DNA of 64,000 nt, taken from contig JBEKZD010000026.1 of the NCBI GenBank assembly GCA_049510215.1, forward strand, positions 1,289 to 65,288, written 5' to 3'. Below, piece by piece: positions 49,994 to 59,969 of this stretch (positions are counted from its first letter, which is position 1; each line of letters starts with the position of its first letter). The DNA comes from Verrucomicrobiia bacterium. Lineage in GTDB: Bacteria > Verrucomicrobiota > Verrucomicrobiia > Palsa-1439. The notes under the pieces are model-generated. The model saw nothing but the letters and a program-made list of their open reading frames with translations, searched no databases and was not told where the DNA came from. Made by a program: the position numbers and the translations under genes.

Positions 49994-52327
49994 CTAGGGG
50001 ACCAATCGCACGCGGTAGAAGCGGACGGGGCCGTTGGTCGCGCCGCCGACGTCGAGATAGTTGGTTGTCACATCGCCGGTGTGCGAAATGCAGTATTCCG
50101 GCTGCACCGAATTGCTGGTGATGATCGGCTCGCTGATGTCGATGAAGTTGCTGCTGTACCCGCCATCCGTGCCGCCGGTGGCGGCTTGCACCGCGTTGGT
50201 CCGCCCGTCCGCCATTGTCCAGGTAATGCGCACGTCGTCGCCTTCCTGCGTGACGCCGGTGATGCGAAACGCCGAGGCGCTGTTGGTCGGGTCAGTACCG
50301 GCCAGGAACTCCGCCAGATTGTTCTGGCCATCACCGTCGGGGTCCGCAGCCCCTGCTGCCTGCGGGCAGTCGGTGCAGCCGAAATACTGCATCTGCCACG
50401 CCTCGGGTGGATTCGGAATCGGCCCCACTACGATGCAATTCTGCTGGATGTTCGTGCTGACGCCCGAGGGGCCACTGACCACCAGCATGACAGTGTCCGT
50501 GCCGGACGTGGTGTACGTGTGCGATACGTTGGTAGCCGTAGTGTTGAACGTGCTGCCGTCACCAAAATCCCAGAAACGATTGGTGATCGTGCCGACCGAG
50601 GTGTCGGCAAAGGTCACCGCAAGCGGGGCGGCACCGCTGGTAGGGCTGGCGCTAAAGCCGGCCACGGGCGGGGGCGGATTGACCACAGTGAGTGTGACCG
50701 GCGTGGACGTAGCGTAAAGCCCGCCGCTGTCGAAGGCGACGGCGGCAAGGCTGTACACGCCTGTGGTGGTGTTGCTCCAGATGACGCTGTAGGGACTTGC
50801 CGTCGCGCTGCCGAGTGTGCCGCCGTTGACGAGGAAATCCACCCGGGTGACGAAACCTTCTGCGTCGCTGGCTGTAGCCTGGAGTGTCACATTCGTGCCG
50901 GCGAAGACGGTGGTGCCATCGGGCGGCTGGGTGAGGGCAACCGTCGGCGCGGTGTTGGTGCCGGTTGCCGTCGTGGTGAAACGCCAGGTCGGACTGGTGA
51001 CATCATCGTCGCCATCGTCGAGAGTGACGTACCACTGGTATTTCGAGTTGGGTGTCAGCCCGGGCCATGTCATGTTGACCGTGGCATCGGAGGGGACATT
51101 GGTCGTACCGATGACGAAATACGAGGCGGCTGCGCCTTGACTCATCTGGTAGCTAAACTGAAACTGGCTGTTGGCATCGGTCTGGTACTGATTGAGGTAT
51201 GGCGAGTAGGTTTTCACGCGGACGAGGTTGTTGCTTGGGGAAAACTGGTACAGGCGAAGGAAGCCGTTGCCGCCGTTGGGGTCAAACTGGTAGTCACTGA
51301 GACAGGTCGTGATGGTGTGGCTCTGATAACTGTCCTGGCGCCAAGACTCGCCGTAGTTGTGCCCGCACAGCATAAGGAACAGGTTTGGGTTGCCCTTCAA
51401 ACTGCTGTACACCGACGGACTGCGGTCGGGGTCGTAGCTGCCGTCCGGTTCCAGAATGCAGTGAGACACGACGATGGCGCGGCGGTTGGCGTTGGACTGC
51501 AGCACGCTGTTGGCCCACGCGTCGATCGCCGTGTAATTCACGTCGGGTTCTGAGTAGTTGAAGTCCATGTGCACAATGACGAAGTCCATGCCGCCGGCGC
51601 TGAGCAGGTCGTAGTGGTTCTGGTTGTTGCCGCCCAGGTTGCCGCCGTAGTAACTGTGGCCTGCAAAACGGCTCGCGCCAAAGTAGGTGTTGTAGAGCGT
51701 GGTCCCGCAGTGGTGGTCATGATTGCCGGGAACCATGCCATACGGGATACCGTCGGGCAGGCCGGTAGTCGCAGGGTTTTCGAGGCGGTACATTGCGTTG
51801 GTGGCGTTGGCCCACTGATAGGGCTGACAGTCGCCGCCGTCCGTGATGTCGCCAAGACTCGCGACGTACACGATGTTGAGGTTCGTGCGGTTATTGACAA
51901 TCCAGTCAATTTGATTCTGATAGATATCGGGGTAAGTCGAGGAGTAATACTGCGTGTCTGGCAGCGCCACGATGGTGAAGTCGGGTCCGGACGTGGCCAA
52001 ACGTCCGAAGAATGTGACAGTGATGTTGGTCGCTTCCGGATCGGACACTGTGACGCTGAGAGTCGGTGACAGCGGGACATTGTTGGTGCCGTCGGCCGGG
52101 AAGTTGACCGTGTCTACTTCCGGACCGTCGTCGTCCTCTGTGGCTGCCATATTGGCCACCGTGGACGTCGCTGTGAGTTCGCCGTTGTCGGCTGCGGCGG
52201 CAACCTGACCGTCGGCCGCACTTGCGGGCTGCAGCTGGGCAGGTTCGGTTTGGTTTCCCCAAGAGGTCGGCAAGACGGTGGCAATGGCTAGCAACTGCAC
52301 AAAAACAAAAGCCCTAACCCCATGCAT
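49994..52327 (-). CDS. Secreted metallophosphoesterase with Ig-like and PKD domains
   Basis: PDTQ, LGDI, GNHD, CGH; PTVALT.P Ig-like domain; WDFGDG PKD; DPDGDG..NLAEFLAGTDP and C-terminal RFYRVR. Confidence 0.85.
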   Translation of the reverse strand: MHGVRAFVFVQLLAIATVLPTSWGNQTEPAQLQPASAADGQVAAAADNGELTATSTVANMAATEDDDGPEVDTVNFPADGTNNVPLSPTLSVTVSDPEATNITVTFFGRLATSGPDFTIVALPDTQYYSSTYPDIYQNQIDWIVNNRTNLNIVYVASLGDITDGGDCQPYQWANATNAMYRLENPATTGLPDGIPYGMVPGNHDHHCGTTLYNTYFGASRFAGHSYYGGNLGGNNQNHYDLLSAGGMDFVIVHMDFNYSEPDVNYTAIDAWANSVLQSNANRRAIVVSHCILEPDGSYDPDRSPSVYSSLKGNPNLFLMLCGHNYGESWRQDSYQSHTITTCLSDYQFDPNGGNGFLRLYQFSPSNNLVRVKTYSPYLNQYQTDANSQFQFSYQMSQGAAASYFVIGTTNVPSDATVNMTWPGLTPNSKYQWYVTLDDGDDDVTSPTWRFTTTATGTNTAPTVALTQPPDGTTVFAGTNVTLQATASDAEGFVTRVDFLVNGGTLGSATASPYSVIWSNTTTGVYSLAAVAFDSGGLYATSTPVTLTVVNPPPPVAGFSASPTSGAAPLAVTFADTSVGTITNRFWDFGDGSTFNTTATNVSHTYTTSGTDTVMLVVSGPSGVSTNIQQNCIVVGPIPNPPEAWQMQYFGCTDCPQAAGAADPDGDGQNNLAEFLAGTDPTNSASAFRITGVTQEGDDVRITWTMADGRTNAVQAATGGTDGGYSSNFIDISEPIITSNSVQPEYCISHTGDVTTNYLDVGGATNGPVRFYRVRLVP

Positions 52328-52508
52328 GCCGCTATAAAATCAGAAATCGGCTAAATTGCAAAGCCAAACTCAGCCACCTAAACTCAGCCACCGCTGCCGC
52401 GCCAGTTGCATCTAGCGCTTTGTGCGCGTCTTGTCTGCATCTGGCCACGTGCCGCCCAAATGGTTGGCAACGGTATGGTTCCGCTGTAGTGCGCTCGCGG
52501 GCAGCCGC

Positions 52509-54062
52509 TCATTTTGTCTGCATGATGTCATAACTTGGAGACGGTGGGGCTTTGTGCGTGTCCAACCAAGCGACCGCGTCCGGAAGCGTGGAGATCTCCT
52601 TTCGGAGGATGGCGAGGACCAGATCTTGCGTGACCACGGTGTTGAGAAACGCGCCATAGATCATCGGTGGATTCTTTCCCGGCGCTTTGAGAATGAATGG
52701 AACGCGATGATCCAGCCGGCCATCGTAGTCCCGAGCCTCGCGCCACCAGTGGTCCGCACTGATGATGACCCATGTGCGATCCCACAGGCCGTCTTGTTCC
52801 ATGTCCCGGCGCAGGATTCCCATGGCTTTGTCGGTCAACTGCAAGTTCTGGAAATACCCGCGAGTGCGGGAGAAGCTTGTGAGGGTGAATGTCCCCTTAC
52901 CGGGATTATAAATACCGGGATAGTGCGGCCCCGGTAAGTGGAGAAACACCAACCCGTAGCGGCCATCTTTCACTACACTGCGCGCCTTATTCAGGGACTT
53001 CTGGTAGAAATCGATGTGCTCCCGGCGCTGCTGCAACACCGGTGCCAATGACCAAATCTGGTTGATCATGCTGCCCAGAACCGTTTTGGCCCGGACCAGT
53101 TGGTACGGCTCATAAGGGTACCACGCGCAAAAGTTCAAAGAGGACGGAAAGAGGCGCGAGTATGGATGGAACCACCCCACCAGCGCGGTGTTAAACCCCA
53201 GTTCACGGGCGCGGGAGAAAACTGTCGGTTGGGTGCTCCAGCCCACGGGGGCGTTGGTGTTCGCATAGGTGATGTTTAACTCGCTTCTGGAAGCAGGCTT
53301 CGCGTCGATAACATAGCGCCCCGTGATCAAGGCCGGTAGCGAGGTGGCGGTCGAACCTTCCGGAGGGAAAGCGTTGGTCGCCTGCAAGCTCTCGCCACGG
53401 ACGCGATCAAGCTCGGGAAGCGGACAATCTTTCGGCCGGTTGGAAAACGCCAGGCGCTGGTCCAATTCGTCGTAGATGATCCAGACCACCCGCGGTTCCA
53501 CGGATGGCGTTGGTGTGTGAAATAACGCCGCCAGTTGAGGCGGGGCTTCAGGGCGGGTTTTCAACAGGTAGTACCCAATTTTCCCGAACGTCAGGAATAC
53601 CGATGGCAACAAGACCGTCAAAACCACACCTATCGCGCGCAGGACAAATCTCGGCCAATGCCAGACCGCAAACAACACGATCAGGCTGCCCACGATGACG
53701 AGCGGATTCGTGCCCCAATCCATCAGCGCCCTGCCGCCTTGAGTGTGCAAGAAATGGGTCCGAAAGAAGTCGACCGGGATGGCGAACAAGCCAAAGGCGA
53801 CCACACAGGCGACCCTGTAAAGGAGGCGGGATTGCGCACGCCTGACCCAACGGGTCAGGCGCCAAGTAACAAACCCAAGCAGAATAAGGTTCAGCGCCAG
53901 CCCCAACAAAACCTGTCTGTTCAGGGGAAGGTTTTTATAGTACTGGAACTGCTCGTTGTAAAACAACGCGTGCCGCGTGGTGATGAAACACAGATTCGCC
54001 AGCGAAAACGCCAGCAAGGCATCCCGCAGCGATTTCAATCGTTCTTTTACAGTCTCATTCAT
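52509..54062 (-). CDS. Membrane-anchored sulfatase/alkaline-phosphatase-superfamily protein
   Basis: About five TM helices followed by WIIYDE, T.TSLP, FLHLP.PH.P, IISADH. Confidence 0.78.
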   Translation of the reverse strand: MNETVKERLKSLRDALLAFSLANLCFITTRHALFYNEQFQYYKNLPLNRQVLLGLALNLILLGFVTWRLTRWVRRAQSRLLYRVACVVAFGLFAIPVDFFRTHFLHTQGGRALMDWGTNPLVIVGSLIVLFAVWHWPRFVLRAIGVVLTVLLPSVFLTFGKIGYYLLKTRPEAPPQLAALFHTPTPSVEPRVVWIIYDELDQRLAFSNRPKDCPLPELDRVRGESLQATNAFPPEGSTATSLPALITGRYVIDAKPASRSELNITYANTNAPVGWSTQPTVFSRARELGFNTALVGWFHPYSRLFPSSLNFCAWYPYEPYQLVRAKTVLGSMINQIWSLAPVLQQRREHIDFYQKSLNKARSVVKDGRYGLVFLHLPGPHYPGIYNPGKGTFTLTSFSRTRGYFQNLQLTDKAMGILRRDMEQDGLWDRTWVIISADHWWREARDYDGRLDHRVPFILKAPGKNPPMIYGAFLNTVVTQDLVLAILRKEISTLPDAVAWLDTHKAPPSPSYDIMQTK

Positions 54063-54141
54063 GAAGTGGTCCGCCGGTCGCAGGTGCGGACGGCGGGGCG
54101 TTCATGTTCATATTGGAGCAACAAATGGACCCGGTTCGTTA

Positions 54142-55599
54142 TCAGGCGGCAACGGATTCCTTGGGGCCCGCTTTTTTCAGAAGGTAGAGCCGGCGGTGGG
54201 TGCCGTCAAGTTGTTTGGCGCGGACAATCTGAAAACGCTGACGGCACGCGGCCTCGAAAGTGGCCGGGGTGAGATCCGCGTGAAGATGCTCACGTCCGCG
54301 AGCGATGGTTTGAAACATCTCGTCGCCCGTCTCGACAAATTCGATGATCAACACGCCGGTTGTCAGTTCGGCCGCAAGATCCAGTACCTCGTCCAAAGGG
54401 ATTCGCTCTGTCACCAGCAAGTGGTGCAGCACGGCCAGCATCAACACCGCGTCGAACGCGCCCGTCGCTCGCTCCAGAAAGCTGGTGCATTCCCGGTTGC
54501 GCCACCCTTTGGCTGCGCTTGGACGGCACAAATCCACAACGAGCGGGAGAATACTCCGGTTCTGCTCGTGCGCCTGCCGCCAGAGCGTGCCGACACAACT
54601 GAGATCGCTGTCAATCGCCACGACCTGCGCGCCGGCCCGGACCGCCAAGTCACTGAAATGACCGGTATTGCACCCGATATCCAGAACGCGGCTGGGCTTG
54701 AACTCAGCCAGCGCGGCGCTCACGAATTCCTCCTTGGCACTGAAGTTTGCCTCCGTGTAGCTGCAAGAGTCCGTGTAGTCCGACCATACCGTCCTTCGGC
54801 CTGGTTTCGGCTCCACCCGCTGGAGCGCACGCCGGAGCCGATTGAACAGGGAGTCGAGGATGAACCGTGCTTGCTCGTGATTCTGGAGAATGTGCTCGCG
54901 GTAGATGGATTTGTCGGCGCCTTTGCGCGACAGCCAGGTCGGCAGAGAAACCTGCATGAGAAAGGGAGGCAGAAACTTCCGCAGCGGCCCGCAGAACCGG
55001 TACACCTCGTTTGTCTCGAAGCCGTCCCGGCGTTTGGTAAACACATCGGCGGGCCGGACACCCCAATGCTTGTACGCGAGTAGCGGCAGCAGAAACGTCC
55101 GGCAAAACTGCGCGTGCGGTTTCCAGACGGGATCGCCCGGATGACGGCGCTCGAAGGAAAGCAGGTCGATGAAGACCGGCTTGCTGCCGCGAAACAGCAC
55201 GTTGTAGGGCGTGGCGTCTTTCAGCCCGTAGCCTTCCGCCAGACACGCTTGGCCCAGGTCCAGAGTCAACATCGCCGCGGCATAAAGCATCTCGGGCGGC
55301 CACTCATAGGGATAGCTGGGAAAATCCACCCGCTCATGCTCCAACACCGCCCCCACCTCGTATCGCCGGGCCAGCTCTTCAAAGCCCTCTGCTTGGCGCA
55401 ACTCATCCAGCTCGCCAGAGTCCAGCTTCCGGGTGGCAACAAGTTGCTGCCTAGCCACGAACTGAACTGCCGTGCCCGATGCCAGAAAAGGTTCGATTTC
55501 AGCCAGCGCGTCGGGATCGACAACGCGCAGAATCCGCTTGCCCCACGCAAAACAACATCCGTCAGGATCTCTGAAAGAAGAGACAGGCAACATATTCAA
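54142..55599 (-). CDS. Class I SAM methyltransferase with a kinase-like N-terminal region
   Basis: SFRDP.G, SYPYEW, LKDATPYNV...FID (kinase-like); VLDIGCNTG (SAM binding). Confidence 0.8.
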   Translation of the reverse strand: MNMLPVSSFRDPDGCCFAWGKRILRVVDPDALAEIEPFLASGTAVQFVARQQLVATRKLDSGELDELRQAEGFEELARRYEVGAVLEHERVDFPSYPYEWPPEMLYAAAMLTLDLGQACLAEGYGLKDATPYNVLFRGSKPVFIDLLSFERRHPGDPVWKPHAQFCRTFLLPLLAYKHWGVRPADVFTKRRDGFETNEVYRFCGPLRKFLPPFLMQVSLPTWLSRKGADKSIYREHILQNHEQARFILDSLFNRLRRALQRVEPKPGRRTVWSDYTDSCSYTEANFSAKEEFVSAALAEFKPSRVLDIGCNTGHFSDLAVRAGAQVVAIDSDLSCVGTLWRQAHEQNRSILPLVVDLCRPSAAKGWRNRECTSFLERATGAFDAVLMLAVLHHLLVTERIPLDEVLDLAAELTTGVLIIEFVETGDEMFQTIARGREHLHADLTPATFEAACRQRFQIVRAKQLDGTHRRLYLLKKAGPKESVAA

Positions 55600-55636
55600 G
55601 AAACCAGGTAATGGCGGGATTCAGCCCAACGCCAAG

Positions 55637-55984
55637 TCAGTGTTTCTTGAACCACTTGTCCACCAGTTTGCGGAAGAAAACCCTGATTCGTTTGAGGTAG
55701 AATAAGGCTCCGACACAGGCAGCCACGGCCATTTGCAGAATCAACTGGCCTGTCCCAGGGTCCACATAGGCCAATGGGTAACCTGCCAGGCCTTTGCCTT
55801 CCTGAGAGGGTGTGAAAGTGAGCACCCACATCCCACCCAAAACGGATTGGCTGGCTGCAGAGAACTGCTGATCGACCCCAGAACCCGCCGAAATGCCTCT
55901 CGCAATAGCTGAAGTCCCCACGGCCACCATCGCCATGAGTGAAATCAGCCACCTCCACCGAAATAGTTGGCGCTGGTAACGCAC
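55637..55984 (-). CDS. Small membrane protein with an AYVDPGTG motif (start uncertain)
   Basis: AYVDPGTGQLILQ, then a TM helix and a basic tail; first gene of a co-oriented trio. Confidence 0.65.
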   Translation of the reverse strand: MRYQRQLFRWRWLISLMAMVAVGTSAIARGISAGSGVDQQFSAASQSVLGGMWVLTFTPSQEGKGLAGYPLAYVDPGTGQLILQMAVAACVGALFYLKRIRVFFRKLVDKWFKKH

Positions 55985-56239
55985 GGTATGACTCTTCTTA
56001 CCCTAGGAATTTAGGGGTTTATACGCGCGGGTCAAGTGCAATCACGTCCCTATCTCCCGTCCCCCCGGTGGCGCTGATGCGGTGGCGGGATACACTAAAA
56101 TGGCATCCTGAACAGTGAACCACGGCTGCCAGTTCATGAGGTCGGCTGACGACCCAGTGAGGTGTGAGAGATAATACCAATAGGGATTTGGATGCGCTGT
56201 CGACAGCAGCGCCCGATTCTGGTAAGCAACTAGGTTGCG

Positions 56240-57355
56240 ATGAAACTTCGACAGGAGATTTTGAAAGACGTCAAACGTGTCGTTGTCAAACTCGGCACCG
56301 GTTTGCTAACCGACGCTCAGAACCAACTTTCCGAGCAGAAAATCGAACAGCTCGTCACACAGATCGTGGGACTCCACCAGCAACACAAGCAAGTCATCGT
56401 CGTCTCGTCCGGGGCCATCGGGGCCGGCATGGAGCGGATGAGCTTGAAGCAACGCCCGAAACGGCTCGACGAACTCCAGGCCGCCGCCGCCATCGGTCAG
56501 ATCAGATTGATGGCTATTTACGACAGGCTATTTGCCAAGCACGACACCACCGTCGCTCAGATTCTGCTCACACACGATGACGTGATGGAACGTCGCTACC
56601 GATATCTCAACGTCCGCAACACGCTTGAGCAACTCTTGAAACTTGGCGTCGTGCCGATCATCAACGAAAACGACACGGTCGCCGTGGAAGAAATCAAGTT
56701 CGGCGACAATGACCGCCTTGCCGCGCTGACCGCGACGCTCATCGACGCGGATCTGCTCGTCGTCCTGTCGCATGTCGAGGGGTTGTATGCCAATCCTTGT
56801 GGGAGGGGCATTCCTGCCCCGACCGGTCGCGACAAGAATGTCGCTCCCACAATCATCCACACCGTGGCCGAAATCACACCGGAAATCGAATCGCTCGCGG
56901 GCGGTACCGACCGCCGGACGAGCGTCGGCGGCATGAAATCTAAGGTCGAAGCGGCGAAGATCATGACGCGCGCGGGCATTCCGATGATTGTCGCCAGCGG
57001 CGAACGCCCCAACGTGCTTGCTGACGTGCTTGCCGGTGAAGAGGTCGGCACGATTTTTCTGCCGAAGACCACGAAATTGGAGAGCCGCAAGCGTTGGATA
57101 GCGTTTTTCCAGAAGCCCACGGGCGCACTGATCGTGGACGAAGGCGCGAAGCAGGCGCTGTGCGTGAACGGCAAGAGTTTGCTCGCAAAAGGAGTCGTAA
57201 GGATCGATGGGAAATTCGAGCGGGGCGATGTCGTCAGCATTCGCGACAAGAATGATGTTGAATTTGCGCGAGGGCTGGCGAAAGTTGGCGGTGGCGAAGG
57301 ACTCGAAGCAGAAACGGGCGTGGTTGTGCATCGCGATGATTTGGTGATTCTGTAA
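56240..57355 (+). CDS. proB: Glutamate 5-kinase with PUA domain and a REP insert
   Basis: VVKLGT, VSSGAI, PIINENDTV, FGDND.LA, GGMKSK. Confidence 0.95.
   Translation: MKLRQEILKDVKRVVVKLGTGLLTDAQNQLSEQKIEQLVTQIVGLHQQHKQVIVVSSGAIGAGMERMSLKQRPKRLDELQAAAAIGQIRLMAIYDRLFAKHDTTVAQILLTHDDVMERRYRYLNVRNTLEQLLKLGVVPIINENDTVAVEEIKFGDNDRLAALTATLIDADLLVVLSHVEGLYANPCGRGIPAPTGRDKNVAPTIIHTVAEITPEIESLAGGTDRRTSVGGMKSKVEAAKIMTRAGIPMIVASGERPNVLADVLAGEEVGTIFLPKTTKLESRKRWIAFFQKPTGALIVDEGAKQALCVNGKSLLAKGVVRIDGKFERGDVVSIRDKNDVEFARGLAKVGGGEGLEAETGVVVHRDDLVIL
56797..56852. repeat. REP doublet inside proB
   Basis: TTGTGGGAGGGGCATTCCTGCCCCGACC / GGTCGCGACAAGAATGTCGCTCCCACAA. Confidence 0.85.
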
Positions 57356-58600
57356 ATGGATTTGAAGCAACAAATGCGATTGCTTGCCGAACGTTCGCGT
57401 GATGCGGCGCGCGCGCTGGCGAAGCTTGAAACGAAGACGAAGAACGCGGCTCTCATCGCGATGGCCGATGGCCTCGAACGCAACGCCGAGAAGATCGAGG
57501 CCGCCAACGCGAAGGACGTTGCGGCAGGGAAAGCCGCTGGATTGTCGTCGGCGGTGCTCGACCGTTTGCTGGTTGACGACAAGCGCGTCCGCGAGATGGC
57601 GGAAGGCGTGCGGGAAGTCGCTGCGCTCGACGATCCCGTTGGCAAGACCATCAGCGAGTGGACGCGCCCCAATGGCATTCGCATCCAGAAAGTTCGCGTG
57701 CCGCTCGGTGTCATTCTTATCATTTACGAGTCGCGCCCCAACGTCACCGCAGACGCCGCGTGCCTGTGCTTCAAGACGGGCAACGCCGTGATCTTGCGCG
57801 GCGGCTCGGAGGCCATCCGCTCCAACCTCGCCATTGCAGAGGCAATGAACGCGCCCGGCATCCCGCCGAACAGCATCACCGTCGTGCCGACGACCGACCG
57901 CACTGCCGTGGACGAATTGCTGCAACTGGACGAGTACATCAATCTTTGCATCCCGCGCGGCGGCGAGGGACTGATTCGGGCGGTTGCGGAGAAATCGCGC
58001 ATCCCCGTCATCAAGCACTACAAGGGTGTGTGCCACGTGTACGTGGACGGCGAAGCTGATCTCGACATGGCCGAGCGCATCGTGATCAACGCCAAGTGCC
58101 AGCGGCCCGCCGTGTGCAACGCAATGGAAACGTTGCTCGTGGATGCGAGGGTGGCCGACAGTTTTCTGCCGCGCATCGGCAAGGCGCTTGTGGAACGCAA
58201 AGTCGAATTGCGCGGCGACGATCGGACGCGTCGGCTCTTGCCGAATGCAAAAGCCGCCGTCGAGAACGATTGGTACGCTGAGTATCTGGACTTGATTCTG
58301 GCGGTACGCGTCGTGAATGGAGTGGGCGAGGCGATCGATCACATCACGAAGTACGGCTCCGCGCACAGCGACGCCATCGTCACACGCGACCGCGCAACTG
58401 CAGAAAAGTTTTTGCGCGAGGTGGATAGTTCGAGCGTGTTCTGGAACGTCTCCACGCGATTGGCTGACGGTGGTCAGTACGGTTTCGGTGCCGAGATCGG
58501 GATTTCTACCGACAAGCTGCACGCGCGCGGGCCGATGGGATTGGAGGAGTTGACCAGTTACAAGTTCGTCGTCGTCGGGGACGGCCAGTTGCGCGAATGA
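57356..58600 (+). CDS. proA: Glutamate-5-semialdehyde dehydrogenase
   Basis: RVPLGV, YESRPNVT, LRGGSEA, CNAMET, N.STRLADG..YGFGAEIGIST. Confidence 0.96.
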   Translation: MDLKQQMRLLAERSRDAARALAKLETKTKNAALIAMADGLERNAEKIEAANAKDVAAGKAAGLSSAVLDRLLVDDKRVREMAEGVREVAALDDPVGKTISEWTRPNGIRIQKVRVPLGVILIIYESRPNVTADAACLCFKTGNAVILRGGSEAIRSNLAIAEAMNAPGIPPNSITVVPTTDRTAVDELLQLDEYINLCIPRGGEGLIRAVAEKSRIPVIKHYKGVCHVYVDGEADLDMAERIVINAKCQRPAVCNAMETLLVDARVADSFLPRIGKALVERKVELRGDDRTRRLLPNAKAAVENDWYAEYLDLILAVRVVNGVGEAIDHITKYGSAHSDAIVTRDRATAEKFLREVDSSSVFWNVSTRLADGGQYGFGAEIGISTDKLHARGPMGLEELTSYKFVVVGDGQLRE

Positions 58601-59916
58601 CAAGTGAGGCCTCAGCGCAGTCGGCTGCGGAACGGGCGCGTTACGTGCGCGACCATCTGCCTGCGGGTGGGCTGTTTGCGGGCGCAACGTGGCGGATTTC
58701 CCCCGAGGCTTTCCCGCTCCCGACAGATCTCGTCGCCAAACTCGAAGCGCTCGGGCCGCAATTGTTGGCGTTTTATCGCGCCTGCAACGTGATGTATCGG
58801 CACAGCGTGCAGGACAAGTTGCCGCGTTGGATCGCGGAGTATCTCGACGCGGGCAAGCCGAAGGAACTGGTCGAACTCTCGCGCCGAGATCGCTTCAAGA
58901 GCCACATTCCCCGCGTGATTCGCCCCGATGTCATTCTCACAAACGATCACTTCTTCATCACGGAACTGGACTCAGTCCCCGGCGGTATTGGGCTGACGGG
59001 CTGGCTGGGCAAGACGTACGGCGAGTTGGGCGACGAGATTGTCGGCGGCGCGCACGGGGTGATGGAGGGATTCGCTGCAGCGATGGAGATCGATAAGCAT
59101 CCGCTCACCGTTGTTGTTTCGGAAGAGGCGGCGACGTATCGGCCCGAGATGGAGTGGTTGGGGCAACAGGTGGGGTTTCGCGTCGTGCGGCCCGAGGAAT
59201 TGACCAACCTGTCGAACGTCCGCTCGCTGTACCGTTTCTTCGAGTTGTTCGACCTGCCGAACATACCGAACCCGCACGCGATTCTTGATGCGGCGGCGCG
59301 TGGCGAGGTGAACGTAACCCCGCCGATCAAACCGCAGCTTGAGGAAAAGATGTTGTTCGCGTTCCTGTGGATGGAGCAGTTGCGGTCGTTTTGGCGCGAG
59401 CAACTCGGCGAGAAGGGGCTGGAGAGCTTGCGCCGCGTGTTCCCGTACACCTGGATCGTGGATCCGACGCCGCTGCCACCGCACGCCATCATCCCCGAAC
59501 TCGGCATCAATGACTGGCGCGAGATGGCGCGCTTCTCGCAGAAGCAGCGCGAATTGGTGCTGAAGATTTCGGGGTTCCACGAACACGCGTGGGGCGGCCG
59601 CGGCGTGTATGTCGGGCACGACCTGCCCGCACACGAGTGGGCGCAGGCGATCGAGCGGGCGCTGAGCAGTTCTGCGACGCATCCTTTCATTTTGCAGCGG
59701 TTCGAGAGGTCGAAGCTTTTCGATGCGCAGTACTTCAACTTCGAGGCGAACGAACTGCACACGTTCAGCGGGCGGGTGCGGTTGTGTCCGTACTACTTCG
59801 TGGTCGGCGACGACGCGAAATTGGGGGGCGTCCTCGCCACGGTTTGTCCGTCCGACAAAAAGATTCTACACGGCATGCCGGACGCCGTGATGGCGCCGTG
59901 CCGCGTGAGGCGCTAG
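58597..59916 (+). CDS. Glutathionylspermidine-synthase-like / ATP-grasp-related protein
   Basis: IRPD..TELD..PGG, LVLK.SG, WGGRGV, ILQRF, RVRLCPYYF. Confidence 0.6.
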   Translation: MTSEASAQSAAERARYVRDHLPAGGLFAGATWRISPEAFPLPTDLVAKLEALGPQLLAFYRACNVMYRHSVQDKLPRWIAEYLDAGKPKELVELSRRDRFKSHIPRVIRPDVILTNDHFFITELDSVPGGIGLTGWLGKTYGELGDEIVGGAHGVMEGFAAAMEIDKHPLTVVVSEEAATYRPEMEWLGQQVGFRVVRPEELTNLSNVRSLYRFFELFDLPNIPNPHAILDAAARGEVNVTPPIKPQLEEKMLFAFLWMEQLRSFWREQLGEKGLESLRRVFPYTWIVDPTPLPPHAIIPELGINDWREMARFSQKQRELVLKISGFHEHAWGGRGVYVGHDLPAHEWAQAIERALSSSATHPFILQRFERSKLFDAQYFNFEANELHTFSGRVRLCPYYFVVGDDAKLGGVLATVCPSDKKILHGMPDAVMAPCRVRR

Positions 59917-59969
59917 TCCTTAAAATGCCAAAGGCCGCAGGAGGTTGCTTGCGCCCTTTAACACAAATA

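Noticed and set aside
49950-52510. Integron attC sites around the accessory genes
   Set aside because: No convincing RYYYAAC...GTTRRRY paired structure and no integrase.
56528-58687. 719-aa minus-strand ORF
   Set aside because: Antisense shadow of proB/proA.
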